DNA of 64,000 bases from Lepidodermella squamata (GCA_047495785.1 JBLDXI010000003.1:3472001-3536000), one strand, 5' to 3'; positions 13,152 through 26,700 are shown, counted from the first letter of the stretch. A program made the numbers and translations. The notes: generated by a model from the sequence alone, not told the origin.

Positions 13152-14952
13152 TCAGTAGCCGTGCTTCTTGCCCTTGCCGCCTTTCTTGCCCTTGCCTTTG
13201 CCTTTGCCTTTGCCCTTGCCCTTGCCCTTGGCCTTCTTGACCGGTTCAGGCGACGCAGATGACTTGTTGTCGGACCAGGACTTGGACTCGGACTTGGTGA
13301 CGGCCTTCTTGGGCTGCTTCTTGGGCTGCTTCTTCTTGGGGAGCTTCTTCTTGGGCTGAGGCGAATAGCTGGCGTGCGCGCTCGAAGCCGGGGCGGCGAA
13401 CTTCTTGCTGCTGTACGAAACATCGGAAGTCGAGTGGTAAGAGACGGACTTTTCCTTCGCCGCGATCTTCGCCTTGTTGGCCTTCTTCGACTTCTTGGTC
13501 GAGCCGCTCTCCTTCGCCTTCTTCTTGTTCTCGTAGCTGGCGCTGGCGTACTTCTTGCCCTTGCTGTACTTGATATCAGCGCTCAGACGGGCCTTCTGCT
13601 TCCGCTTCTTGTCGTGCTGGTTCGACGAGTAGCTGGCGTACTCCGAGGCGGACGAGTAGCGCTTCTTCGTGCCCTTGCTCTTGCCCTTCTTGTTCGCCTT
13701 GGCGCTCTTCTTGGACGCCTTCGTCTCGATCGAACCGCTCAGAGCACCGCCTTCGCCGAACTCGGTGTTGGTCTTGCCCTTGCTCTTGGTCCAAGTCTTG
13801 TCCTGGCCCTTGTCGGTGTTGCGGGTGAACGTGATGGCGTCAGTATCGCGCTTGTTGTCAGTGCCAGCGTCGTTGTCATACTCCTGGTTGAACTTGCCGT
13901 GCTTGTTGAACTTGCCACGGCCGCGGATCTTGGCCTTCTCGTTCCTGGACTTGGCTTCGGCAGACGCCTTGTCAGACCGCGAGTGCTTGTTGTAGTTCTT
14001 GCGCTGGTGGCTGGCCTTCTTCTTCCACGACTTCTTCGCGTCCTTCTTCGACTTCTTGTCCTCGACAGTGGCGCTGACGGCGATGTCGAGGCCCTCGTGC
14101 GACGACTTGGCCTTCGCGGACGCCTTGGTCTCCTCGAAGTTGCTCTTCTTGTTCTTGGTCGCAGCGTTGATGTCGACAGCCTGTTGCTCGGCGTTGAACT
14201 CTTTCTCCTTGGCGTCGAGCTTGGTGCTGTCCTTGGCGTTGAGCTCGGTCTGCTCCTGCAGGTTCTCGGGCTGGACTGGGCCTTGGTTGCGTAGCTTGAT
14301 CAGCTTCTCGATGGCCTTGAAGTCGCGAGCATCGCTGCCGGAGCCGTACGAGTAGCTGTTGCTGCCGCTGCCGCTGCTCTTGCGGTGCTTCTTTCCGTGC
14401 TTCTTGCCGTGCTTCTTGCCATGCTTCTTGCCGTGCTTCCTCGAGGCAGACGAGTCAGAGCCGCTCGAGTACCGGCGCTTCTGGTGGTGGCGACGACGGG
14501 GCACGTACGAGTCGCTGCTGGCGAACTTCTTGCCGTGCTTCTTGCCGACAGCCTTCTTGCCGCCGCGCTTCTTGGGCGCAGACTGGGAAGAGTGCGACTC
14601 CTTGGACTCAGCAGACTCCTTCGATTCCTTCGATTCCTTCGATTCGGGCGATTCCTTCGACTCGGGGGACTCCTTCGATTCGACAGAGTGCTTCGGCTGG
14701 GGCTTCTTGCTGACGACGGCCTTCTTGTTCTCGCCTTGGTTGTTCTTCGCGTTTTCCTGTTGCTTCGGGAAGTTGAAGTCAGGCAGCTGGAATTGCTGTT
14801 GCTGTTGTTGCGGTTTCTGTTGGGCATTACCGTCCGCCGAGATAGCAACTGAAACGCGATAAAAGTTAGGTAGTTTAAATTGAAAAAATTGATATTTTAA
14901 ATATTTTACCGAACAGGTACGCCGCAATGGCGATCGGGAGCAGGATCCGCAT
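13152..14952 (-). CDS. Family A secreted basic protein A2 (~579 aa, 2 exons)
   Basis: Exons 14952-14910 and 14848-13152. Signal peptide MRILLPIAIAAYLFVAISA, then polyQ, ESKESP repeats, KKHG repeats, family A core and (KG)n tail ending KKHGY. Confidence 0.9.
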
Positions 14953-15373
14953 GGCTGATTTACTGGAGATTATCACAATTGGATAACAATACAACACTAA
15001 AACAATTAACAAATAATAGATAATGAATGCCGATTTTTCCTTTCGAGTGCATAAAGAATTGTTGAAAAGACGTAGAACTTCACGCTGCCGGATAATCAAA
15101 TCAAAAGAATGTTTTGATACACTTTTTCAAATTGAAATGAGTGAACATGAAAAAATCGTGAAAAAACGCGCTTGATATAGCGCGTGGCTCTTCCATTGTT
15201 TACAAGAAAACACGATTGGGCGCGCGATTGGACACGTGCTTTGGAAATTTTGCCACGCAACAGGTATTGTGAAAAACATACCGATTGGTCTTTAAATACC
15301 GGCTAAGAATTCAGGAAATTATCAGTCTCCTTCTCTCTTTATTTTAAATAATTTTAAATATTTTCCGAATACC

Positions 15374-16465
15374 ATGAGGATTATTCTCGCAGTAGCTGTC
15401 ATCGCTCTCCTGTCCTCGGCTGGTGAGTTTTCAATCTAGTTCGCTTTCAATCTCGAAACTTGAATTTTCAATCGCCTTTCAGTCCTCGCTGGCGGCTATG
15501 GAAAAGGCAAGGGTGGCAAGAAGGGTGGCAAACAAGCCTCCTTCTCCGCCTCGGTCGACCAACGCGACACCTACGACCGCAAGTCCGCCTCTGCTGAACA
15601 GGAAGACGCTGCCTTCGACTACGCCTCGGCCGATGCTTCGCACAACAAGAAGACCAGCGACAAGCGCAAGCTGATCAAGACCCGATCGGCCAGCCGCGAA
15701 CGCGCCTCGGCTAGCTACGCCTCGGCTGGCAAGCGCGACTCTGCCTACGACCAGAAGAAATCTAAGGCCGGCAGCAAGCGCCACGGCCGCGTTGTCCGCA
15801 AGAGCGACTCGGCTGCCTTCGCCAAGCACGACAACGCCTACGCCGACTCTGGCGCCGCCGCCGCTGCCCAGAAGCACAAGCGCAACAAGAAGCACGGCCG
15901 CGCCGACCACAAGCGCAAGGCTGCTTTCCAGAAGGACCAGGCCCGCGACAAGGCCGGCGAGGTGATCGAGTTCAAGAAGAAGACCTTCGCCGACAAGGGC
16001 CACAACAAGGTCAACAAGTTCAGCTTCGAGTCCGGCTCGCAAGAGTTCGCCAAGGCCGACTCTGACGGCGCCGCCACGACTGCCAGCCGCAAAAAGACCG
16101 CCAAGAAGGCCCACGGCAAGAAGTCCCGCAAGGCCCACTCTGCTGCCTACGCTTCCCGCGACTCGAAGGCCTCGGCCGCCGCTGCCTCGAAGAAGGCGAA
16201 GCGCAACAAGGCCCACCACCGCCGCGCCTCGGCCTCCGTCGCCCGTGACTCGCGCAACGCCCGCGACTACAAGACCAGCAACAAGAAGACCTCCGTCTCC
16301 GACTCTGCCCACACCCGCAAGGCTGGAGCCAAGTATGGCCGCAAACGTGCCTCCGCCTCGGCTGAACGCGCCACCCACGACTTCCGCGGATCTGTCTCTG
16401 GCAGCTATCGCGATGGTGGCTACGGCAAGAAGGGTGGCAAGAAGGGTGGCAAGCACTACTACTAG
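15374..16465 (+). CDS. Family B secreted protein B2 (~343 aa, 2 exons)
   Basis: Exons 15374-15422 and 15483-16465. Signal peptide MRIILAVAVIALLSSAVLA. Mature region near-identical to B1/B3. AATAAA at 16552-16557. Confidence 0.9.
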
Positions 16466-17425
16466 ATCAATTTGATTGGATGAATTATTATTTATTTAAC
16501 GTAGCGTGAGATGTGATGCATTGAAATCTTATGGATTGATGCCAACTTCAGAATAAAATGTCATTTTAAACACCACTTGCGTTTTGCTTGCCGACTTATT
16601 CCATACTTTTTCATGCCTACGGGTTGTGGTTTCGACATCTTGAACGAGGTTTTGATTAGGAGTAGTATGGATCCAAGCGGATTCTTAGAGTTGGCAGAAA
16701 AACAGGGCGAAATGTTCAGTTTCTGAAATACCTTAATTATTTCTACGCTTTACATCGATGGGCAATTTCAGTTGGTCGAGTTCATGCCGTGAAATTTAAG
16801 TACCAAAGTATATCTTGGGGCTCGGAATTCGAATGATGGCGCTTTCGCCCAGCAGATGTCTTCAAATTGGCAATGGCTAATGCATCCACCTTGTCCCAAT
16901 TACGTATGGCAAATAGCCGACCGATTGTTGTACCGGAATCTCTACAGTTGTTCATGCGATTTTTTTCAGTTCAGCTGCTCGCTTTGACATGGACTGATTT
17001 TTCCAGGCACAAGGTAGCCAGGCCACAGTTATACTTCGAATTATTGTCTTCGGATTTGCTACCGATATCCTGTCACAGAATCCAATGTTGAAGTATTTTC
17101 CCAGTTTCGTGATAATCAAATAAAAATTGGTAAAGAAAACAAAAACTCGATATTAGGAAAACCGGATAATTTCATTTTTATTTCAATTTCAATTCGTACG
17201 ATCAAGGAGGCGATTGCCACAAATTTAATCAGCATGCGAGTTTTCTATATGATTTAACAGATCGAGCTAATGATCACGCGAGAAAAATAATGAGTTCGCA
17301 AAAAAATAAATTATAATAACTATCACGCATTTGATGTGCATGGATCACACAAATAAATATAATAGGATCGACTGAATCAGCTGGCAAAGTTATTACACAG
17401 ATTTTTCGAAGCTCGGAATTACTTG

Positions 17426-20400
17426 CTAATGGTGTCCGAATTTCTTCGGCGGCTTCATCAGAGGATCGCTCGAGTCAGAGTCGACTTCGTTGGTCTCAGA
17501 TGACGAGTCGTAGACGCTCCGCTGCCTCGGCACCTTGGAGGCACAGGGCGCCGCTGGCTTCGGCGCCTCGGCTGCGGTGTTGTAGTGTTTCTTCTCAACC
17601 GGCTCGTGACGGCGCTTCGGATGAGCGGGTTTGGACCAGGATGATACGCTTCGGCGATTGCCGTAACGGCGGTGGTTTTTCCGAGGATGACGGTCGTAGC
17701 TTCGGCTGCGGTACGAGAACGACCGGCGAGCGCCCGAGTGTTTCGCCACGCCTCGGTTGCCGTAGTAGCCGCCACGACGGTAATCGCCACTCGAGTAAGA
17801 CCTAGCATTGTAGTGCCTACCCTTCCGGTTTGGCAAACGCCTCGGCAGTTCTTCGGAATAGCTGCCGTGGCTGTAAGAGCGAGCATGACGAGGAGCACCC
17901 GACTTCAACCTGACCGCGCTTTCAGACGCACTCCCCGATTTCGAAATCGATTTGCTTCGATAATTTTTCGCAACCGACCCGCTGGCTGACCTCGAAACTG
18001 GCTTTTGCTTCGGTTTGGCAATCTCTGGACGTTTGATCAGCTGCTGGTACCGCTTCTTATCCCGGTTAAGGCGAGCCTGGGATTCTTCGGACTTGGAGCT
18101 GCGAGATTCGGCCTTGGGAGCTGATTTCTGAGGTTCCGCTGAGCTTCGATCGATACGCTTGTAATCGGAAGCTGGCTTGATTATTTTCGGTTTTTGAGCT
18201 GAACTCTTTGAAGCACTCGACCGTTTGATCCGCTTTCTCGGCTTTTCTTCCGGCTTTTTAGCCGGCTTTTCCGGGACCTTCCGCTCTTCTGATGACTCCT
18301 TTTTCGAAGAACTTTTCGACGGTGTGATTTGCTTCTTCGGCTTTTCTTCTGGCTTTTTCGCGGGTTTAACAGGGACTTTACGCTCTTCCGATGACTCTTT
18401 CTTCGATTCTTCACTTTCACTCGATTGCTTTTGTTTCTTGCCATATTGCGGCTTCTTAGGGGCTTCTGAAGACTTGGACTCTTGTTTCGCCTCAGATCGA
18501 GCTTTCTCAACAGATTTCTTCGCTTTTTTAGGCGGCACCTTCTTCTTCTCTTCGGATTTCGAGCCACTTTCCTGTTCAGACTCCTTCGACGCCGATTTAG
18601 ATTCTTCCTTTTCCGATTCCTTCTCGGAGCTTTCAGCCTCGGATTTCGACTTGGAATCTTCGTTGGTCGAAGCAGCTTTTCCCTTATGCTTCCGCTCAGC
18701 CTTCGCCTTGGCACGTGCCTTGTAGTGCCTGAACAACTTCTTCCAGAAACTCAACGGCTTACACACAACCTCGTCATCCGTCAACTGTGTCCGACTGGAC
18801 CCTAGCAGCAGTCGGGGGGTGGCTGGGCTCACCGTAGTCTCCTCTCCTTGGCTCACAGGCGCCGCCGTTGAAGTCGGGCGATCAACATCGGCCACCGTCT
18901 CAGTTCCAGCAGCTTTCGAGGTAAGTTCGGTTGTAGTCGAAACTTCGTCAACCTTTGAAGTAGTGATCGTACCTTCTGAAGCGGTGGTCGTGGTCTCAAC
19001 GAGTTGCTTCGCCGTAGTAGGTTCAGTTGTAGCTGGCTGGTTCCTAGTTGGTTGATTTGAAGTAGTAGGTTCAGTTGTAGTCGGCTGGTTTCTAGTAGGC
19101 TGAACAGTTTCAGTTTGAGTTGAAGTTGGCTGGGTAGTAGCCGGCGTTGTAGTCGTCGAAGTGCTAGTTGTAGTTGCTTCTGTCGTCGACTCCAAGGTCG
19201 CGGTGACGAGATCTAGTACGTTTTGAAGGAAGAAGTTATCACCAGTTTCAGCCGATGGAGCTTTGCATTGCTTATGCTTGCTTTGATCGATGAACATGCC
19301 AATCACTTCAGAGATCAACGACCGAATCTCGGCCTTGGACATTTTCACGTGCTTCTTGTGATCTTCGTCCAGGTCGAAATTCACGTCACGCTTGATGTGT
19401 TTCTTATCGTCGGCTGGCACCACCTCGACCTCCTCGGCCTTCTTCTCGTCAATCTGCTCGTTGATGAGACCGGCCAGGCTTTCGGCGAGAGCAGCCTTCG
19501 CCTTCTCCTCCTCAGCCCTGTTGCTAGCGATCACCTCGTGAACCTCGGGAATGCCGATTTTTTTCGGCTTGATTTCCTCGTCATCGCCGAAATGGTCGAA
19601 GTGAATCGGCTTCAGCCACAGCTCAACCTCGGGCCGTTCAATGCCGTGCTGCTCTTCGACAGCCTTTTGATCTTCATGGACGGCCTTTTCCTCGGCAGTT
19701 GGCTTATGCTCCTCCTCTTTCTTCTCCTCTTGAGGCTTGTGATCAGGCTCAGGCTTAGGGTCGTCCCAGAAGGACCACAGACCCCTCGACTTTGACGGCT
19801 TTTTCGTCGTGGTCTCGATTTGCGGCGTCGTAGTCGAAGCTTCATGAGCTTCGGCAGTGGTTGAAGTAGTAGTCGAGTGGTGGCCTTCTTCGGCGTTTTC
19901 GTGAGTTTCGGTTGTAGAATGAACTTCCGAGACCGGCGATGGCTCAGTCACAACTTCAACGTCCCTTCTGGCGAATTTTCGAACGTTCGAACGAGCGGCC
20001 TGCCGCTTCTTCTCCGCCTCGGCAAGAACGGCAGCATCATGGACAATCTAATGAGGTAGAAATTAACATTTATTTACCTAATCACCTTTTGATAGCATTT
20101 AATTAATTAATTTTAAATTTCAAATTAATTTAAATAAAATTATCCCGATCTCTAGCGATGTGCGAAAGGAGCACCGCGCTGGAACCTCAAATTTAGCGCT
20201 GGAACCTTAAATATACAGCGTGTCCCATAATTAAAGTAATTAACGCAAGCAAAGAAAATACACGGAAAAGGGTTTAGAAACTCTAAAATGAAAAAGTCAC
20301 ATCTCATGGCCAAACAAATTTTAGAAAAATTTAAAAAAAATCACGAGACAATGTATGTCATTTGTTAATGGGATTAAGAAAGACCAGAGAAATTTGGTTC

Positions 20401-21684
20401 AACCGGGTAAAATAACGAAAATTACCGAACCAGTCACCATCGGGGTTTTCCGGGTTTTCTCCGGTAAATGTTTTATTTCTTCGGTTAAATCGCGGATAAA
20501 AGATGGAATTTAAACTCGGTAGGTTTAATCTAGTTAAAAATTAGTTGAATTTCCTACAGAAAGGTTGTAAAATTACAAAATAGTTGCGCAATTTTCGGGA
20601 CACGCTGTATGTGGGTGCATCATTTAAATAATTAATCATAAATTAATTAATCGCAATTAATCGTAAAACTAAGAAATTGCCAAATGACCCTTTCGTACAA
20701 ATTTTAATACAAAATTTTTCAAAAAAATATCCGATTTCGGAGTCGATTATATATACAAATTTAATTAGTTATGTTTTTATAAAAAAAATATTTAAAATAT
20801 TTAAAAAATTGTTGATTGAATAATTAAAATTTGTTTCGAAATTATATTTTGAGAGGGATTCACAAAAAATAACCCCGCTAATTAAATGCTTTAAACAACC
20901 TCAAGCTTAATGAAAAATATTCTCGAAATGTTTATGAAAAAATCACTTGGAAATCGTACCTTATCTTCCAATTTCCTTGTAAGGATTACGATTTCTTCAA
21001 TTTCTTTCAGCTCCGGTCGATCGCGTTGGGCTTTCTCGAGCAGTTCGAGCTTCAGTCGGTCTTCCTCGACGATGTGCCGCAGGGCCTTAATTTCGTCTTC
21101 GGTGGGTACAGCCTCCACAGCTGGAACCACCGTAGTTTCGTCTACATCCGGGGCGTGTGGCTTCATTTCTTCTTCGAGTGAATGCAAATGAGGCAGATGA
21201 TGCTCAGCATACGCCGACTTTTCTGTTGAATAGATGGGACACAAAATTGGAAAATTCGACTCCATCAATCAACAAGAGATAGTTTCGTGGGTAGATAGAT
21301 ATTATTTTCCAAAATTAATTGAATTTATTTCAAATAATTTTGATTTAATTCAATGAAAAATTGAAATTATTTAGATGTTTAAGGTTGATTTAATTAATCT
21401 ACGTACCCACGAAACATTTAATGTTACACGTTTCGCCTGAATCATCATCAGTTTCCGGCGGAGTCTTTTCTTCGGATTCACTAACGAGTTGCCCTTCATC
21501 ACTCGCAAACTCACTGTTGTCTTCGACGATAACTTCCTCATCTCGGTCGAATGATTTTTTCTTCAACGCATCACATCCTAATATCAAAATTAAAATTTCA
21601 AATTAAAATTAATTGAAATAAATCCTTACCCGTGATGACATTAGCGACCAAATAGGCAAACGCCAGCAATACTAGCCAGCGCAT
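17426..21684 (-). CDS. Secreted block-charged protein E: acidic N-terminus, Thr-rich mucin-like middle, Lys/Ser/Arg-rich C-terminus (~1036 aa, 4 exons)
   Basis: Exons 21684-21630, 21577-21407, 21222-20960, 20047-17426 (3111 nt, frame-consistent). Signal peptide MRWLVLLAFAYLVANVITGCDA. Confidence 0.8.
20216..20607. mobile_element. Non-autonomous Tc1/mariner-type MITE (family 1, copy 1) in intron 3 of gene E
   Basis: Perfect 11-bp TIR CAGCGTGTCCC...GGGACACGCTG flanked by TA (20214-20215 and 20608-20609). Internal sequence is similar to 45.85-46.24 kb. Confidence 0.8.
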
Positions 21685-22977
21685 TATCGAGTTCAATAAT
21701 TACCTGGCAACAGTCTCAGTTCCTTAACTCCTAGAAAATCAAAGAGGTTAATAAAAATTTTGAAAAAAACGTGAGAAAAAATGAATCGGTGTAATTTCCA
21801 AACAGCGCGCGTTAGTTGGCGCACGTTCCTGTAGACACGCGCCGTCAATTGATTCTTCAACCAGGAAACAGGAAGAATGAAAAACAACAAGATTTAAAAA
21901 AAATAGGTCCGCACGTGTCTTCGGAAACAGTTACGCAATAAGATGTATAGCGGTAATTTCTACCGCCAAAAAAACAACGCTTAAGGAGGCTCATTTGTCT
22001 GAAAGGCTCTTTTCACCTAGATATAGATTTTTTGCTCTCAAGCACATGATCATGGTTATTGGCTTTTCATTGTGATACTCCGTCTTAGATAATTGTCCAA
22101 CTTTCCTAGAGCACTTCGACTCAAGATCGATACGGACTTGAAAACCCTGGAAATATTTCAATCTATCTCGAAGTTCGACTTAGACTTTGAAGCACTATTT
22201 TCTCACTATTTTTCTTTCTTGCTAGACAATGATTTTTCCTAAAACCCTAAGATTTCAATGTCAGCTACCAGATACCCTAAGGTATGTAGAATAATTTTCA
22301 ATGCCGGCTTCGTGGACTCTTGAAAATCAGTGATTAGTAAAATCGATATTGAAAATCCATATTGGCGCTGAATTTTGATGAGAAATATTTCTTGTGATAT
22401 CAGCGGTGAGTTTACGTCTGATCTAATGTCGGGCTTATTTTATCCAGTCGTCAGCGCGGAAAAAGTTCTATGATCCCCAAAATGACTATTCGACGCATTT
22501 GCAATATAATATCCACATCGCGCTCCTCACCAATCACATGACAGCCCGATTTCAAAATTCCTCATGGATCGATGTCCACTAGGGTCGCCGGTTTATGATG
22601 CCACTTTTCGGTCAGGCAATGTCTCTATCATGGAGCTGGGTCCACACAAAAAATGAACCCAAATCATTGGCGAATATGTTCGCAATAATTCAAAGCAATA
22701 TGCATAGCTAATACACGCCGATAAGCAAAAATTCGTCCCATGATTAAACGGTCTTGGCACTTCTAAAATGAGCTCAAACTTTGCATGTAGGGTTCATCAG
22801 GCTCCAAAATGATAAAATAAAAAATAAAAATCGAAAATCCGAGAAATGAAAATAAGTCGGTCGCTGAGAGTCGAACCCGAGGCGCCCACAAAACATGCTT
22901 TCACTTGAATAAGGATATTTGCTACGCCCATTTTTACCTGTAGCGCAAAAAGTACGAATCCTCTACAGAAACGGATA

Positions 22978-23209
22978 CCGTAGAGCGGTACAATTTTGAA
23001 CAGGGTACAACTTTGAACATTTTTTCAAAAGTACAATTTTGAACGAACGTTTGCATTGAAAAAAATGAAAGTGTTCAAAATTGTACTTTCGTGAGTGTGA
23101 AGTACAATTTTGAACATTAACGAACTTTTCAATGCAAACGTTCGTTCAAAATTGTACTTTTGAAAAAATGTTCAACTTTGTACTTGTTCAAAATTGTACC
23201 GCTCTACGG
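22978..23209. mobile_element. Palindromic MITE (family 2) with CCGTA ends and TA target duplication
   Basis: TA|CCGTAGAGCGGTACAATTTTGAACA...TGTTCAAAATTGTACCGCTCTACGG|TA. Near-perfect 232-bp palindrome with 8 copies of a GTACAATTTTGAAC-like motif. Confidence 0.85.
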
Positions 23210-23701
23210 TAGAGCCATTCAAAAGAGCAGAGCCCATTACCTCTCCTGAAGTCATCGATGACATCTTTCACTGGAAATGTTACTATAGCGAGGTTTTCAA
23301 AGATGCGAAAATATGACATTTCGATTTATCTCGAAAAAAACGAGAAAATTTCCCGCGCCGAGGCCAACTTCAAAAATATTGAGATTCAACGGAGAACATG
23401 AAACTCGAAGAAGCCCCAACATTTAGGGCCGCTACTCAACGGCTGTCAGCAGAGGAAAAGTTAACCAATTAAGCAGCGATTTCTGGTCCATTTTAATCAA
23501 CATTTTTGTAAAAACTCTATCAGAACACAAATAATAGATAAGTTTATTTGTTTTATGATGATCACCGTAAGATGAACATTCTTAAAAGAAAGAAATAAAG
23601 AAAATTTGATCATAATTCGAACGCATCACCGGAGAAGGGAAAAAAATAATCACTGATTTGAAGAGTTCAGTTTAATAAATAAAGATTTTTCTATGCCAAC
23701 T

Positions 23702-26700
23702 TCACGCGCTCTCGCCATCACCTGCGTTTTCATGCGGCTTGGGCGGGCGATCACTACGAGGAGCTAAAAAGTGCTTCTTATTCGGGCAAGATCCAACTTT
23801 TTTCGAAACATCCGACGCCTCAACATCGCTTCCCTCGCCCGAGTTCTTCTTCATGATACGGCAAAGGTGGCGAACCAGCTTCCAAACTCGGTAGCTTTTG
23901 CGAGCCGAGAATGCCTTGAAACAGTCGCCGGAGAAAAGGGCTGAATCCTCGCCGCTCTTTGAGCCAGACTTTTTCCGATGCTTCTCAACCTCGTTCTTGC
24001 GGTTCTGAACAGCAGCCGACCAGCTGACCGATGATTTTTTGATCGGTTGAACTGACTTCAACTTGATGCCATGGCCAGCATGCTTTTTCGCCGCCTTTCG
24101 GTCTGATATGTCAGACATACTCTTAGAATAGTGCTCAGAGGCAACTCCCGAGCTTCGATTCTTCTTCAAACCGTATCGCTTGAAGTAGCGACGAGCCTTG
24201 AACACATCGGACTTCTTCTTCAAAGCCGCGGAAAACGACTGCGAATGGCCGCCTCGTTTCTTCGCCTCGCGCTTGAAGTGCTTCCGCGCCCGCGAAATGT
24301 CAGACTTGTCGGACAAACTGGTCGAGAAGTTGATCGAAGCGCGACGAGGCTTGGTCTTGCAGTGTTTAGCCGCATCCTTGATGTCAGATTCGTCCGACAG
24401 CGAGCGGGAATAGTGGTGGGACGCGTTGCCGGAGCTTCGGTTCTTACGAACGCCTCGCTTCTTGAAGTGCTTCTTCGCGCGGATCACGTCAATGCCCTTT
24501 CGAAGGTGCGGTGAAAACGAGCGAGAATCGGCCGAGCCCTGGAACCGCCCGTTCGGCTTCACCGGCTTCGACTTGAAGTGATGGCGAGCTTTCCTGATAT
24601 CGGAAATGTCTGAAAGCGAGGTCGAAAAGTTGATAGATTCAGACTTATTCTTTTTCCGCTTTTCCGAAGCAGCAGCCGAGAAAGACCGGCGTTTCTTGAT
24701 TTGTTTAGCCGGTTTTTTCTTCTTAGGAACCTTTTTCACAGGTTTCTTTTCGGCTGATTTCGAGTGCTTGTGAACGTGTCGATGTTTAGGATTAGGCTTC
24801 GGGTGGGGTTTCGGCTTCGGTTTCTCTTCAGATTCAGCGTCGAAGGATAGCGATTTTCGGGACAGGCTGGAACCAGATTCTTCCTTTTTAGCCGGCTTCT
24901 TCGCCTGCTTCTTCGGTTTCTTCGAAATGGGCTTCGGTTTTTCTGATTTTTCCGATCGAACTTTCTTCGCTGGTTTGCGATGCATTTTCAGGCCACTTGA
25001 AGCTGATGCGTCGGAGACCGAATCGGCAGGAGCCAGTTTCCTTTGCTGTTTGGGCTTCGGCTGAGGCTTAGCTGGTCTGAAATTCGTTTTATAAAATTCA
25101 CTGGAATAAAATTGGAAACATACCTGCGATCTCGCTTCGAAGAGTTGGATTCCGGTTTCTTGAAGTGTCTCGGTGACGGTTTACGCTTTTGCTTCGGCTC
25201 AGACAGGCTACTTTCCGATTTCTTCGGGCGCTTCTCGACAGGACGCTTCGGCTTCGGCTTTTCGACGCGAGGGGGTGAGTGGCGATGGCGCGCCGGAATC
25301 CTGTAAAATTAATAGAAAGCCGTATAAGTTGCCGTAAAAGAGCTTTTGAAATAATCCCTAGTTTAGGCCTAGGGTACGGCCTAGGACTAAATTGGGTTCA
25401 TACTAGGTCATTGAACCCAAATGAAGATGAAACCAAGTAGGAAATTAATTTCTTGAAAAAGGCCAAAATTAAATCAAGGTTGGCAAAATGTGAATTTTGA
25501 ACTTGAAATTAGAAAGAGAACAATTTATCGGGAAAAAGTATGATAAATATCTCCAACCTCTTGCGGTTCTTCGAAATCGAAGAGACTGATTTAACAGAGC
25601 GAGAAACGCGCTTGATCTTCGGCTGAATTTTGCTAATCGATTCGATCGACTTCGAAAACGATTTCCTAGGTCGCTTGACAACTGGGCGCTTGGCATGATG
25701 CTTCCTACCATGGAAAGCAGGTTTGCTGGACTTCTTAGCAGGTCTAAAATATGGAAATTAGAAATCTGTAGTCATGCGAGATAATTTAAGGAAATTGAAA
25801 ATGGCGAAAATCGATTTGAAAAAATCTTCTCACCCGCGTCTAGCGTATTTTGCCGCCGAAGAGTTCCGGGAGCTCGAACGCTTAGGAGCAGGCCGCCTGA
25901 TTCGCTTCTTCGGCTGAGGTTTCTCCGATCTTGAAGCCGACTTCACGCGCTTGATCGGGCTGAAATAACACAATAAATTGATTTTCAAAATCATTCTAAA
26001 ATAGGACTTCAATCACCGTTTCGGCTGCGAATTTCCCGACTCCGATTTTTTATAATGCGCCCTACGTTTCGGATGGCGGGTGACAGGTTTCTGGTGTTTC
26101 GGTTTACGCTGAACTGGCCTGAAATTTCAAGAAAAAATTAAAAATTAAAAATTAAAAAATTAAAATTAACTTTTTATTTTGCTTCGAGCGAGTTGATGCT
26201 GACTTCGAAACCGGCTTCTTCGGCACCGGCTTGATTTCAGACTTCGATCCTGAAGATTTCGACTTCTCGCTAACTGGGCGTCTGAATTTACGGCTTCTCT
26301 CCGGACGAGACACTTTCTTGGGCCTGTTAAGATTCATCTCAAAGTTGCGGGTGGAAATATGTAATATGGTTCCGGGCCTTACTTATCCGAATCAATCAAG
26401 CTTGCTATCAATGAGAAACTCGACTCATGTTTCCGAGCGGGCCTCCTACGTGGCTTGGGTTTCGGTCCCCTAGATTTCGACGAAGCCGATGGTTTCTTAA
26501 CTGGTTTTTCAACACGGTGTTTCCTGACCGGCTTGCTCGGTTTTCGCGGGGATTCCGATGATTTCAAAGCTGAGATCTCTGGCTGTTTGAAAATCACCGG
26601 TCGGTGAGGCTGACTCGGGCGCCGATCTGAAATCGAGTCAGATGACCGTTTTTGATGCTTCTTCGACCGCGGTTTGACTTGAGCTGATTTCGACCTTGAA

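Noticed and set aside
22860-22890. B-box-like GGTTCGACTC on the minus strand (tRNA or SINE)
   Set aside because: I could not build a cloverleaf or find a convincing A-box or second copy.
22988-23199. CRISPR-like array of 14-bp repeats
   Set aside because: Eukaryotic context, repeats in both orientations inside TIRs, no unique spacers of regular length and no cas genes. It is a MITE.
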